The notes beneath the pieces were generated by a model. It was not told the DNA's origin. It saw nothing but the letters and a program-made list of their open reading frames with translations, and ran no database searches. Source: Betaproteobacteria bacterium (lineage in GTDB: Bacteria; Pseudomonadota; Gammaproteobacteria; Burkholderiales; Ga0077523). From it: DNA of 64,000 nt. The first letter of the stretch is position 1. Every line of letters starts with the position of its first letter. The DNA is taken from contig WGLR01000019.1 of NCBI GenBank assembly GCA_016125475.1, positions 120,746 to 184,745 on the forward strand, given 5' to 3'. Of this stretch, positions 40,582-50,419 are shown one piece after another. The position numbers and the translations under genes are program-made.

Positions 40582-41319
40582 TCAGCGCGCAAGGAACTGC
40601 CAACCATTCCTGAGGACGGGCGTGAAGGCCACCGTCGACCGCAACACGCAGTACTTCTCGTTCGGGAACCCGAGCTGCTCGACGAGGTTGGAGAAACAGC
40701 TGTCGATCAGCACGAGCTTCGACGCTCCTTCCAGCGTGTGGAGCCAGTCGAAGGGAGAATCGGTGCGCTCCCGGATCTCCACGATCCGATAGCGTGACAG
40801 CCAGTCCTCCGGCAGCGTGACTTCATAGTTCAGTTCCCGCCCGGTCTTGTGGACACAGATGTAGTCCCCGTCGATTCGCAGGGAATCGAACAGCGCGGTC
40901 TCGCGCCCGAGGTTTCGTTCGATGTCCAGATTCCACTTCTCGGAGAAGGGGACGCCCGCCACGGCGTACTTGTACTCGTCGAACTTGAGGCTGCGTGCCA
41001 GCGCTTCGTCGACGACGGACACGCCCGGCAGGTCGAGTCTCGAGTACAGGCAGACGACCAGGTCGCACCCGGCGCGTTCGAGCGCCGAAGACGGGGCACT
41101 CCAGAGATACGCGTAGGCGTCCGACGACCGCAACGCCGCCGGGACTCCGACGAATTCGATGCCCGGCGCCGCCTCGCGGAGGAACGGCACGAACGACTCG
41201 TTCACGGGCCACACCACACGGTGCCCCGCTCGCAGGAAGTAGCGGGCGATCGGCAGCGCGATCACCACGTCACCGATTCCCTCGGTCTGGACGATGCCCA
41301 CCGTCCCCGCCGCAGTCAT
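40582..41319 (-). CDS. Hypothetical protein (N-terminus reminiscent of GT9/GT-B Rossmann half)
   Basis: 245 aa. GIGDVVIALPIARYF resembles the heptosyltransferase N-terminal motif, but the protein is half-size. Visibly less GC-rich than its neighbours. Confidence 0.45.
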   Translation of the reverse strand: MTAAGTVGIVQTEGIGDVVIALPIARYFLRAGHRVVWPVNESFVPFLREAAPGIEFVGVPAALRSSDAYAYLWSAPSSALERAGCDLVVCLYSRLDLPGVSVVDEALARSLKFDEYKYAVAGVPFSEKWNLDIERNLGRETALFDSLRIDGDYICVHKTGRELNYEVTLPEDWLSRYRIVEIRERTDSPFDWLHTLEGASKLVLIDSCFSNLVEQLGFPNEKYCVLRSTVAFTPVLRNGWQFLAR

Positions 41320-41349
41320 TGCCGCCCTCTTTCGCGCGGGCAGGCCGCG

Positions 41350-42804
41350 CTATCCCAGCCCCACATAGATGCTCTTCGCCTGCTGATAGAGGCGCAGCCC
41401 CGTCAGCCCCTTTTCGCGGCCGATACCGCTCTCCTTGAAGCCGCCGAACGGCGCAGCGATCGACAGCTGCTTGTAGGTGTTGATCCAGACCGTGCCCGCC
41501 TCGAGACGCCTCGCGACCCGCCAGGCACGCGTGAAGTCTCTCGTCCAGATGCCTGCCGCGAGCCCGTAGACCGAGTCGTTCGCCTGGGCGATCAGGTCGT
41601 CCTCGCCGTCGAACGGCAACGCGCACAGCACCGGCCCGAAGATCTCTTCGCGGACGATGCGCGCATCCCGATCCGCCCCCGCGATGACCGTCGGCAGATA
41701 GTACGCACCCGACGCGAGCGCCGGTGCATCGGGAACCCGTCCACCGCAGACGACAGTCGCTCCGCCCGCGCGCGCCTCGTCGACGATTGCCGCGATGCGG
41801 TCCCGATGCCCGAACGACGCGATGGGACCCATCTGGGCACCGGGCGCGTCCGGCAGGTCCACGCGGAGCACCCGGGCGGCGGCCTCGACCGCCGCCACGA
41901 CACGGTCGAACACGGACCGCTGCACGAACAGCCGCGAGCCCGCAACGCAGGACTGCCCGCTGCCTTCGAAGATTCCGCCCACGACTCCGGCCACCGCCGC
42001 CTCGACATCGGCGTCGTCGAAAACGACGTGCGGCGACTTGCCTCCGAGTTCGAGCGCGACGGGCATGAGCTTGCCGGCCGCGACCTCGGCGATGCGTCGC
42101 CCGCTACCGGTACCGCCCGTGAAGGAAACCATGCCGACACCGGGATGCGCCACGAGCGCCGCGCCCGTGTCACCACGCCCGGGGAGCACGTTCAGCAGCC
42201 CCGGCGGCAAGCCGGCCTCCAGCGCGACGCGTCCGAGTTCGAGCGCCGGAGACGGTGTCAGTTCGGACGGTTTCAGCACCACGGCATTGCCGGCCGCGAG
42301 CGCGGGCGCGACCTTCTGCGCCTCCATCGTCATCGGCGAATTCCACGGCGTGATCGCGGCGACCACGCCGTAGGGTTCGAACACGGTCATCGAGAGATAG
42401 TTGCCACGCGGGGGCGTGACCTCCGAACCGAGGGTCTCGCACACACCCGCGTAGTACCGGAACGTCGCCGCGGCACTGCGCGCCTGCGCCACGCATTCCG
42501 GCCAGACCTTGCCGTTCTCGATCATCTGCAGGATCGCGAACTGCTCCGTGCGTTCCCCCATGGCATCGGCGATCCGGTGCAGCACCGCCGCACGCTGGTG
42601 CGGCAGCATGCCTGCCCAGGCGCGGTTCGTGGCAGCCCGTGTCGCCGCGGCGACGGCTGCGTCGACATCCTCCCGCGTCGCGGTGCTCACGCGATGATTC
42701 GGTGCGCCGGTTGCCGGATTCACCGATTCGACCGGGTCCCCGGAACGCCTGACCCATTGCCCGTCGATCAGCATCGGCTTGAGCCCGACATCGTCACCCG
42801 TCAT
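41350..42804 (-). CDS. NAD(P)-dependent aldehyde dehydrogenase
   Basis: 484 aa. ITPWNSP, VLKPSELTP, ELGGKSP, catalytic Cys in GQSCVAGSR. Confidence 0.9.
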   Translation of the reverse strand: MTGDDVGLKPMLIDGQWVRRSGDPVESVNPATGAPNHRVSTATREDVDAAVAAATRAATNRAWAGMLPHQRAAVLHRIADAMGERTEQFAILQMIENGKVWPECVAQARSAAATFRYYAGVCETLGSEVTPPRGNYLSMTVFEPYGVVAAITPWNSPMTMEAQKVAPALAAGNAVVLKPSELTPSPALELGRVALEAGLPPGLLNVLPGRGDTGAALVAHPGVGMVSFTGGTGSGRRIAEVAAGKLMPVALELGGKSPHVVFDDADVEAAVAGVVGGIFEGSGQSCVAGSRLFVQRSVFDRVVAAVEAAARVLRVDLPDAPGAQMGPIASFGHRDRIAAIVDEARAGGATVVCGGRVPDAPALASGAYYLPTVIAGADRDARIVREEIFGPVLCALPFDGEDDLIAQANDSVYGLAAGIWTRDFTRAWRVARRLEAGTVWINTYKQLSIAAPFGGFKESGIGREKGLTGLRLYQQAKSIYVGLG

Positions 42805-43648
42805 GGCGAATCTCCTCGAGGATCGGCAGCAGGTACCGCCGGAACTGCGCGGGGTTCTCGCTCATCGGAAAGTGTCCGACCTCCTTCATGATCTCCACGC
42901 GTGCGCCGGAAATGCCTTCCGCGGTGCGCAGCGTGTCTTCCGGCGTGCACGAGAAGTCGTACTCGCCCGTGAGCAGGTAGAGCGGGCAGCGCCCGGTGTC
43001 TATCGTGCCGAGTCGGCCGCGCAGATCGCCGTCGACGCGGTAGAAGTGGAGGTCTCCCCGGAACACCCCCGGCCCCCCCTGCTTGTACTGCCAGAGGGTC
43101 TCGTCCCGATGCTGCGCCGGACTCTGGGGCGCGACGAGCCCCGAGACCAGGGCCGCGCAGATTTCTCCTCCGTGCACGTCGGCCCGATGCAGCCAGGAAG
43201 TGTCGTACCAGGGCTTCTGGAAGTCCGCGGCCTCGAGACCGATCAGCGCACGGAACTCGCTGCCGTGCTCCGCCGCGAGCTGCAGCACGATTCGTCCGCC
43301 GATCGAGCACCCCATGACGACCGGGCGATCCAGTCCCAGCGCCGCACAGAACGCACGGACCGTCGCCACGTAGCGTTCCGTCGTGAGCAGGTATTCCTCG
43401 TCGTGGCAGCCCTCGGGCGGATAGGATTTGCCGTGCCACGGAAGATCGAACGCGAGCACGCGAAAGTGGTCCGTGACCGCCGCGTCACAGAGAATGTGAC
43501 GGAACTGCCGGGAATCCGCGCCGGCCGTGTGCAGGCACACGAGCGGAATCCCCTTCCCGGCCTCCTCGAAGTAGATGCGGCAGGTGTCGTCCGCGACGCG
43601 GGTCGTGAGGTAGCGTCCGACGATGGGTTCGAGGCTCGCCGGCGTCAT
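42794..43648 (-). CDS. Alpha/beta hydrolase
   Basis: ORF trimmed to ATG 43648 (MTPASLEPIVGRY). HTAGAD oxyanion region, nucleophile elbow GCSIGG, C-terminal EVGHFP. Overlaps the ALDH start by 11 nt. Confidence 0.8.
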   Translation of the reverse strand: MTPASLEPIVGRYLTTRVADDTCRIYFEEAGKGIPLVCLHTAGADSRQFRHILCDAAVTDHFRVLAFDLPWHGKSYPPEGCHDEEYLLTTERYVATVRAFCAALGLDRPVVMGCSIGGRIVLQLAAEHGSEFRALIGLEAADFQKPWYDTSWLHRADVHGGEICAALVSGLVAPQSPAQHRDETLWQYKQGGPGVFRGDLHFYRVDGDLRGRLGTIDTGRCPLYLLTGEYDFSCTPEDTLRTAEGISGARVEIMKEVGHFPMSENPAQFRRYLLPILEEIRHDG

Positions 43649-44073
43649 GCCGTACCTCGCGCGCGCGGAAGCGAGAGGAGATCCTTGAAGAACTGAAGAT
43701 GGGCCAGGAACGGGTGCAGGTGGCCCTCGAAGCGCATCTCGCCGCGCTTCGACAGCGCGAAGAGATCGTGCCAGCCGGGCTCGGGCACGGGTACCCAGAG
43801 CGCGGCCCACGCCGCGGCGCTGCCCCGAATCGCGAAGTCCCACGGATGGAGAAGCGGCACGTGCTCGCGCACGGTCACACGTCCCTGCGTGAAGTCGAGG
43901 TGCGTGTCCTCGGCGTCGACAGCGACGAGCGCCCGGGTCGTGAGCAGGGGCACGCGCCGCCCGAGCCGTTCCGCCGCGGGATGCCGGAGTGCGTTTCGCA
44001 GCCGTGCCGCGAGTTCGCGGGAGGCGAGGTCGGCCGGCGCATCGCCGTTCGCCCGGTCATTGCGGGTGTTCAT
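43645..44073 (-). CDS. SCP2 sterol-carrier-like domain protein
   Basis: 142 aa from ATG 44073. The C-terminal GEMRFEGHLHPFLAHLQFFKDLL resembles the SCP2 Gkl.i.Gd...a.kl motif. ATGA-type overlap with the hydrolase gene. Confidence 0.5.
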   Translation of the reverse strand: MNTRNDRANGDAPADLASRELAARLRNALRHPAAERLGRRVPLLTTRALVAVDAEDTHLDFTQGRVTVREHVPLLHPWDFAIRGSAAAWAALWVPVPEPGWHDLFALSKRGEMRFEGHLHPFLAHLQFFKDLLSLPRARGTA

Positions 44074-44140
44074 GTTCGCGGATACCAGTGGTGACGGACC
44101 CGGGGATTGTTGCACTTCGTCGCCGGACGCGCACCGGTCG

Positions 44141-46627
44141 TCACGCCGACGCGCCCGACGCCGCAGTCGCATCGACCGCAACGGCGCGATCGCGCCTCGA
44201 AGCGAATGCCAGAACGCCCGCGAGACCCGCGCCGACCAGCGCCGGCCACCAGTCGTGGCCGTGCAGCGGTGCGAGATGAAGCAGCCGGGCGAGTGGAGGT
44301 ATCTGCACGAGGACGAGCGCGGACGCGAGCGTCGCGCCCGCCATGCGCCAGCCCGCACGAGTGCGCGCCGCCGTGAGTCCGAGCGTGATCGCCGCACTCG
44401 ACAGCAGCAGCACCATGAGCGCCATCGCACGCGCGTGTTCCGTGTTCCCGTCCATGCCGAGGCTGCGGAGGTAGGACATCATGATCGTGGCCGTCACGGC
44501 CACTCCGGTCGCGACGATGAGTGCCCACTGGAACGCGGAGAAGAAGCGCGGACGGGACGTGCGCGCGAGAGGCATCAGCCGGGTCGCGCCGGGCGTCTCC
44601 TGAAAGACCAGGAGCGCCGTCGGGTGGATGATCAGTTCGAGCCAGACGATGTGCACCGGAAGATACAGCAGCGGATAGCCCGCGAGCGGGATCAGCGCGG
44701 CGGTGATCACGAGCGGCAGGTGGATCATGAGCAGATACAGGAAGCTCAGCCGCAGGTTCGCGAACAGCTGGCGTCCCTCTGCGATTGCGCGCACGACGTT
44801 GCTGAAGTTGTCGTCGAGCAGCACGATGGCCGCGACCTCGCGCGCGCTTCGCGTGCCTCGCTCGCCCATGGCGATCCCGATGTCGGCGGCCTGGAGCGCG
44901 GGAACGTCGTTCACGCCGTCTCCCGTCACCGCGACGATCTCGCCGCGTTCCTGGAGCGCGCGCACGATTCCGAGCTTCTGTCCCGGGACGGCCCGTGCCA
45001 CGACGTGCACGTTCGCGAGCACGCCCGTGTCACGCGCGTCGATGCGCGCGTGAACGGCGTCCGCCTCCATCACGCAGGGCTCGTCGCCCCCGAGCCCGAT
45101 TTCCCGGGCCACGGCCCGCGCCGTCGCCGGGTGATCACCGGTCACCATGATCACGTGAATGCCGGCGTCGCGACACACCCGCAACGCTTCCGGGACGCCT
45201 TCGCGTACCGGATCCTCGAAACACAGGAGGCCGTCGAACGTGAACCCGCGGTCGGGCTCGCCGCCCGACCAGGCGGTCTCGTCGATCACCCGCGACGCGC
45301 ACGCGATCACCTTGTGGCCACCCGCCGCGTATTCGTCGACGCGCTCGAGCCAGCGCGCGCGCCCGGCGGCGTCGATGTCGCACATCGGCAGCACGATCTC
45401 GGGCGCCCCCTTCGTCACGCACAGGAGCCCGCCGTGCTCGCGCACCACGCCGGTTTCGCGCTTGCGGTCCTCGGTGAACGGGAACGTCGTGACACGGGCG
45501 TGCGCCGCGCGCGAAGGCTCCCCGGACAGGATGGCCGCGTCGAGCGGATCGCCCGATTCCGTGCGTGCGGCCACGCACGCGAGCGCACGGAGTCCGTCCG
45601 CGTCGAGACCGTCCCGCGCGAGCACGTGCGTGAGTTCCAGGCGCCCTTCCGTCAGCGTGCCGGTCTTGTCCGAGCAGATGCTGGATACGCGGCCGATGTT
45701 CTCCACGACGACCGCGCGGCGCACGAGCGCGTGGCGCTTCGCGAGCCGGTAGACCCCTACCCCCAGAAAGAACGTCAGCACGACCGGAAACTCTTCCGGC
45801 AGTGCCGCCACGCCGAGCGTGACCGCACTCAGCAACGCGTCGACGAGCCCGTGTCCCTGCCGGAGACGGATCCAGGCCAGTGCGACGCAGACGATCGCCG
45901 CCGCGACGACCAGGACCGTGACGAGATTCGCGACCGCCGACTGGAGCGGGGTTCGCGCGTGCGAGCCCTGGATGGCGGATCGCACGATCTGTCCGTAAAC
46001 GGTTTCCGCACCCGTGTAGATCACCCGCAGCCGCACGTCGCCGGTCAGGAGTCGCGTGCCGGCGAATCCCCAGTGCTCTCCTTCCACGGGGCCCGGCACC
46101 GGGACACAGGCCGCCTTCCTGACGGGGAACGCCTCACCCGTGAGCGCGGACTCGTCGACTTGCGCGTTCCCGGCGTGAACGACGATGCCGTCCGCGGGAA
46201 AGGGTTCGCCCGCGCGAACGACCACGAGATCGCCCGGCACCAGGTCGATCGCGTCGATCCGCTCCGGGTGCGTCGCGCGCAGCACCGTCGCGTGCGTGGC
46301 GAGCCGGCTGCTCAGACCGGCCACGGATGCCTGGGTACGACGATGCAGCCAGGCGTCCATGCCGAGCAGGGGAACGAGGGCGCCCCCGAGCACCAGGGCC
46401 TCCCCGGTCTGACCGACGAACGCGAACACCCCTGCGGTTCCGACGAGGAACCAGACCATCGGATCGCGCACGGAATCCCGCAAGACCTGCAACCAGCGGC
46501 TGGGCGCCTCCTCGAGCACCCGGTTCGGACCATAGTGCGCGAAACGCAGCCGGACTTCCGACGGTGCCAGCCCCTGTCCGGCGTCCACGCCGCCGGGCAG
46601 ACGCTCGATCGGGACCTGCCTGAGCAT
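44141..46627 (-). CDS. Cation-translocating P-type ATPase (P2-like)
   Basis: LTGEAFPV, phosphorylation site CSDKTGTLT, hinge VTGDGVNDVPALQAADIGIAMG, multiple TM helices. Start at ATG 46627 (MLRQVPIERL). Confidence 0.9.
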   Translation of the reverse strand: MLRQVPIERLPGGVDAGQGLAPSEVRLRFAHYGPNRVLEEAPSRWLQVLRDSVRDPMVWFLVGTAGVFAFVGQTGEALVLGGALVPLLGMDAWLHRRTQASVAGLSSRLATHATVLRATHPERIDAIDLVPGDLVVVRAGEPFPADGIVVHAGNAQVDESALTGEAFPVRKAACVPVPGPVEGEHWGFAGTRLLTGDVRLRVIYTGAETVYGQIVRSAIQGSHARTPLQSAVANLVTVLVVAAAIVCVALAWIRLRQGHGLVDALLSAVTLGVAALPEEFPVVLTFFLGVGVYRLAKRHALVRRAVVVENIGRVSSICSDKTGTLTEGRLELTHVLARDGLDADGLRALACVAARTESGDPLDAAILSGEPSRAAHARVTTFPFTEDRKRETGVVREHGGLLCVTKGAPEIVLPMCDIDAAGRARWLERVDEYAAGGHKVIACASRVIDETAWSGGEPDRGFTFDGLLCFEDPVREGVPEALRVCRDAGIHVIMVTGDHPATARAVAREIGLGGDEPCVMEADAVHARIDARDTGVLANVHVVARAVPGQKLGIVRALQERGEIVAVTGDGVNDVPALQAADIGIAMGERGTRSAREVAAIVLLDDNFSNVVRAIAEGRQLFANLRLSFLYLLMIHLPLVITAALIPLAGYPLLYLPVHIVWLELIIHPTALLVFQETPGATRLMPLARTSRPRFFSAFQWALIVATGVAVTATIMMSYLRSLGMDGNTEHARAMALMVLLLSSAAITLGLTAARTRAGWRMAGATLASALVLVQIPPLARLLHLAPLHGHDWWPALVGAGLAGVLAFASRRDRAVAVDATAASGASA

Positions 46628-46931
46628 CCGTGCCTCCGCCTGGAAGTGACGCGTCGCACGGACGGACGATGGCCGGCCACGCACGCGAAGAGTGGGACAT
46701 TTTCCCGCATATCGGCAGGTTCGTGCTACGCTGCCCGACATGGCGGGAGGAACCGGGGTCCACCACGCGAACAGTTGACCGAACGCAAGCGAGTCCAGGT
46801 CTCCATGCGCCATATTCACGCTTCATGACCAAGCTGTCGCTGCGGCCGGGCGTGCGGTCGCGGTGGTGCCGCCGCGCGTTCTCGCGCGGGCGGCGAGGAC
46901 GACCTACGAATCCTGCCACTCAGGAGGCAAC

Positions 46932-48008
46932 ATGTTCAAGCCAGCGCTGATCGGTGCTGCAATACTCGTCGGCGGTGTACCCGCCATCGCTTCGGCCACG
47001 GCGACCTTCGGGTCGCTCGCGAACTTCGACGTGGTCAACGACACCGGTCACGAAGCCCACGGCTTCGAGATCGAACTCGAGGGCATTTCCCGGAGCGACG
47101 TGCTCGACGTCTTCGGACTGAACCGCAACTTCGGCACGCCTTCGCCGGGCGACGTCGAGCGCTACGGCATCCCCACCGTGGGGGATCTCACGGACGGCAC
47201 CGGCAGCGTGATCGGGGTGAAGATCACGTACGCGGCCTCCTTCGCGAATGGCGTCTGGAGCGCGGGCACGCCCTCCGGCGTCTTCAACACCCCGGGCGAG
47301 AGCTGCTGGGCGTTCGGTAACGTGGGATACCCCAACGTGCCGTGCGACCACTTCGGCGTGAGCACGCGCGGGACACCCACGAAGACCACCTACACCTGGC
47401 TCATCGATCCCACCAGTTCCGGCGCAACGATCGCAGCCCCCACTGCCATTCCGTCCGTGCAGTTCACCCCGCCCGCCGCACCCGCACAGCCCGTGAATGC
47501 GGTCATACAGGGGGTGGCCGTGAATCCTGCCGGCGGCGTGCAGGCCAACCAGGACAACGCCTTCTGGGTCAAGATCGTCCAGACGTCACTGCCCGAGCCG
47601 GCCGACCTCAACGAACTCATGGGGGGCGACAATCCGTTCGCGAACCAGGCGATCGCGGACCTCAACAACAAGACCGAGACCGAGATCGAGTGGCAGGTCC
47701 TGCAGCCCGGCAAGGTCGACGAGGTCTCGAAGGCGCTCGATCTCAAGCAGGGCGATCAGTCGGTCGTGGTGCGCTACCAGTTCTTCAAGTACCTCGGCAC
47801 GTTCGACGACGAAGGTCTCGTCGATCCCACCGTGGCCGAGACGCCCCACGGCGATGTCCTCACGGCGGCCGTCGGCAATTACGTCGGCGAGCAGATCGCG
47901 GGCTTCAATCCGCAGGCCATTGCCCCGATCCCGGAGCCTGCGACGTATGCGACGCTCCTGGCCGGCCTCGGAATCCTCGGCCTGGCGCAACGCCGTCGCC
48001 GGAGCTGA
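46932..48008 (+). CDS. PEP-CTERM sorting-domain secreted protein
   Basis: AGGAGG Shine-Dalgarno sequence 7 nt upstream. Signal peptide MFKPALIGAAILVGGVPAIASA. C-terminal PIPEPATYATLLAGLGILGLAQRRRRS (PEP motif, TM helix, Arg cluster). Confidence 0.75.
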   Translation: MFKPALIGAAILVGGVPAIASATATFGSLANFDVVNDTGHEAHGFEIELEGISRSDVLDVFGLNRNFGTPSPGDVERYGIPTVGDLTDGTGSVIGVKITYAASFANGVWSAGTPSGVFNTPGESCWAFGNVGYPNVPCDHFGVSTRGTPTKTTYTWLIDPTSSGATIAAPTAIPSVQFTPPAAPAQPVNAVIQGVAVNPAGGVQANQDNAFWVKIVQTSLPEPADLNELMGGDNPFANQAIADLNNKTETEIEWQVLQPGKVDEVSKALDLKQGDQSVVVRYQFFKYLGTFDDEGLVDPTVAETPHGDVLTAAVGNYVGEQIAGFNPQAIAPIPEPATYATLLAGLGILGLAQRRRRS

Positions 48009-48025
48009 CCCCGGTAACGCGCCAC

Positions 48026-48058
48026 GGAAGTATGGCGCCGCGAGGCGCCATACGTTCC
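48026..48058. terminator. Bidirectional terminator-like hairpin between convergent genes
   Basis: ggaagtatggcgcc (48026-48039) / ggcgccatacgttcc (48044-48058), a 14-bp stem with one bulge and a GCGA loop. Lies between the PEP-CTERM stop and the iclR stop. Confidence 0.45.
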
Positions 48059-48098
48059 GGTCCCGCCGAGGTAGTCACCCGGGAAAGCGCACGAAACC

Positions 48099-48935
48099 CT
48101 ATTCGGGTCGTCCGCCCAGGTCCCTCGAAAGTGCCTCTGCCGCCTTCGTGACGCGTGGACCGAGGTGTTCGAGCGCCTCCGGCGTCACGCGCCAGATCGG
48201 CCCGGAAATGCCGAGGGCCGCAACGGTCTGCTGCGTGAAATTTCGCACCGGCGCTGCCACGCAGCGCAGTTCCGCGTTGAATTCCATGTCGTCCACGGCC
48301 AGTCCCGAGGCGGACACCGCGGCGCACTCGGCCTTCACGCGCCCGGGGTCCGTACGCGTGTTCGCGGTGAAGGCCGCGAGGGAACCCGCGTGCAGCAGTG
48401 CGTCGAGTTCTTCCGGCGGCAGCGCCGCGAGCAGCACCTTCCCGATCGCCGTGCAGTGCGCGGGCCGGATGATCCCGAGCCGTTCGCTCGTGCGCACCGT
48501 CGAACGGGCCTCCACCTTCGCGATCACGGCGATGCCTGCGTCCGCCCGTACGCCGAGGTGCGCGGTTTCACCGGTGTCGTCGGCGAGGCGCCGCAGATGC
48601 GGCATCGCGAGATTCACGAGTTCGTTCTCCGTGAACGCGCCGGCTGCCTGCATGAAAAGGCGCGGTCCGACCCGATAGCGCTTTGCCTCGTCCTGCCGGA
48701 CGTAACCGAGCACGATGAGCGTGCGCACGAGATGGAACGCGGTGCTCGTGTGCAGGCCCGTCGCGCGGCTCAGTTCCGCAAGGCTGGGCGGTTCCTCCGC
48801 CACGGCGATGGCCTCGAGCAGTCCGAACGCGCGCTCGAGGGACTGAACGGTGCGCCCCCCGACCGTCGCTTCCGGCGTGCTGGCCTGCCTGCCGGCTGGT
48901 GCGCGGCCTGCGTCGCGTGTGCCGACCACTTTCAC
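48099..48935 (-). CDS. IclR-family transcriptional regulator
   Basis: wHTH region VQSLERAFGLLEAIAVAEEPPSLAELSRATGLHTSTAFHLVRTL plus a C-terminal IclR effector domain. GTG start in a GTGA overlap with the upstream FAD enzyme gene. Confidence 0.85.
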   Translation of the reverse strand: MKVVGTRDAGRAPAGRQASTPEATVGGRTVQSLERAFGLLEAIAVAEEPPSLAELSRATGLHTSTAFHLVRTLIVLGYVRQDEAKRYRVGPRLFMQAAGAFTENELVNLAMPHLRRLADDTGETAHLGVRADAGIAVIAKVEARSTVRTSERLGIIRPAHCTAIGKVLLAALPPEELDALLHAGSLAAFTANTRTDPGRVKAECAAVSASGLAVDDMEFNAELRCVAAPVRNFTQQTVAALGISGPIWRVTPEALEHLGPRVTKAAEALSRDLGGRPE

Positions 48936-50419
48936 GGCGCCTCCCCGGCCACCAGACGACCCGCCCGTCGCCCCGACACGAAGGCCCAGGCAAGGTGGTG
49001 GCCGTGCCCCTTGAGCAGCAGGCCGCCCTGCCCGGTCGAGCCGGCTGCGTAAAGACCGCCGATCGGCCGGTCGCCCGGTCCCAGCACCCGATGCTGGTCA
49101 TCCACCGCGAGGCCGCCTTCGTTGTGCACGAAGACCGCGCGCACCGGCCCGAGTGCGACGAACGGCGGCTCCCAGGCTGCCTGCTGCGCGCCGCGGTCCC
49201 GATTCGCGCGCGCGCGTGCGAGTTCCCGTGCGGACGCTTCGAACGACCCGGACGGCATTCCGAGTTTCGTCTCGAGCGCGGCGAGTGTCGGGGCCTCGAC
49301 GTGGACGTCGGGACGGTTGCGCCGGTAGTCCGGCACATAGGCGTAGGCGACGCCGGGTGCCGTCGACACGAAGTGCGGCCACGCCGAGAACCGGCGCGCG
49401 AGCGCCCCGTCGATCACGATGTAACCCACCTTGCCGGGCTGGTCAGGCAGCGCGTACGCGGGTCGGTCGCACTCGTCACAGAAGCGCCGCCCTTCGCGGT
49501 TCACGAGCATCGCACCCTGCGTGAACATCGACGGCGACGGGGCGAGCGCCGTGGTCACGAAACTCATCACGAACGGACGCAGCAGCGCAGGCGGCGCGTG
49601 GTTCAGCGCCCACTCCATCGTGCGTGCGAGCGCGCGCCACGGGGGCAGCCGACGCACGAGGGCCGCGCGGGACGGCGCGATGAACCGGATCTCGGGGCCC
49701 AGCGCGAGGTCCCCGTTCACGATGCGGGCCCCCAGCGCCAGCGCGAGCTTCTGCCCGTCCCCGGTCGCCGTGAGATTCACGCCCTCGACCTTGGCCTCCT
49801 GCTCGCCCATGTGATCGCGCTTCAGGTCGGGGTCGTTCGTGAAATCCCCCGCTGCGAGCACGACGCCGCGCGTGGCCGCGAAGCGTCTGCCGTCGACGCA
49901 CTCGACTGCCGTGACTCGTCCGTTCGCGACGACGAGGCGGCTCGCGCGCGCGGCGGTGACGATCCCGACCCCGACACGACGTGCGTGGCGTTCCAGGTGA
50001 TAGATGTACGAGCGCGAATTGGGCAGCACGTTGTGCATGCGCGGCTGCCGGTGCGGGGGCTCCGGCATCGGACCGTAGAACCGCACACCCAGATCGAGCA
50101 GCCAGCGGAACGCGTCGGGCACTTCCTCGCAGAGGATGCGACGCAGCGTGTCGTTGTCGCGCGGTGCAAGGTCGCCCGCGAATCCGGGCATGTCCGCGAA
50201 GTGGTCCTCGGGGCGATCGTCGATCCCGCGTGCGAGCTGGTGCGGGGTGCGGGTCGACGTGATCGAACCGATCGACCACGCCGTCGATCCCCCGAGCGCG
50301 GGATTCTTCTCGAGCAGCGCGACCCGTGCGCCGGCCGCGCGGGCCTCGATCGCGGCCGCGAGACCCGACCCGCCGCCCCCCACGACGACGACGTCGAAAC
50401 GTTCCTCGACCGGTCTCAC
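48932..50419 (-). CDS. FAD-dependent oxidoreductase (fumarate reductase/KstD-like flavoprotein)
   Basis: DVVVVGGGGSGLAAA dinucleotide fold and C-terminal GLYAAGSTGQGG. 495 aa. Confidence 0.8.
   Translation of the reverse strand: MRPVEERFDVVVVGGGGSGLAAAIEARAAGARVALLEKNPALGGSTAWSIGSITSTRTPHQLARGIDDRPEDHFADMPGFAGDLAPRDNDTLRRILCEEVPDAFRWLLDLGVRFYGPMPEPPHRQPRMHNVLPNSRSYIYHLERHARRVGVGIVTAARASRLVVANGRVTAVECVDGRRFAATRGVVLAAGDFTNDPDLKRDHMGEQEAKVEGVNLTATGDGQKLALALGARIVNGDLALGPEIRFIAPSRAALVRRLPPWRALARTMEWALNHAPPALLRPFVMSFVTTALAPSPSMFTQGAMLVNREGRRFCDECDRPAYALPDQPGKVGYIVIDGALARRFSAWPHFVSTAPGVAYAYVPDYRRNRPDVHVEAPTLAALETKLGMPSGSFEASARELARARANRDRGAQQAAWEPPFVALGPVRAVFVHNEGGLAVDDQHRVLGPGDRPIGGLYAAGSTGQGGLLLKGHGHHLAWAFVSGRRAGRLVAGEAP

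Noticed and set aside
43889-46828. 979-aa plus-strand ORF opposite the P-type ATPase
   Set aside because: The minus strand carries the DKTGT and GDGxNDxP P-type ATPase signatures. The plus-frame product is R/H/D/E-rich and featureless.
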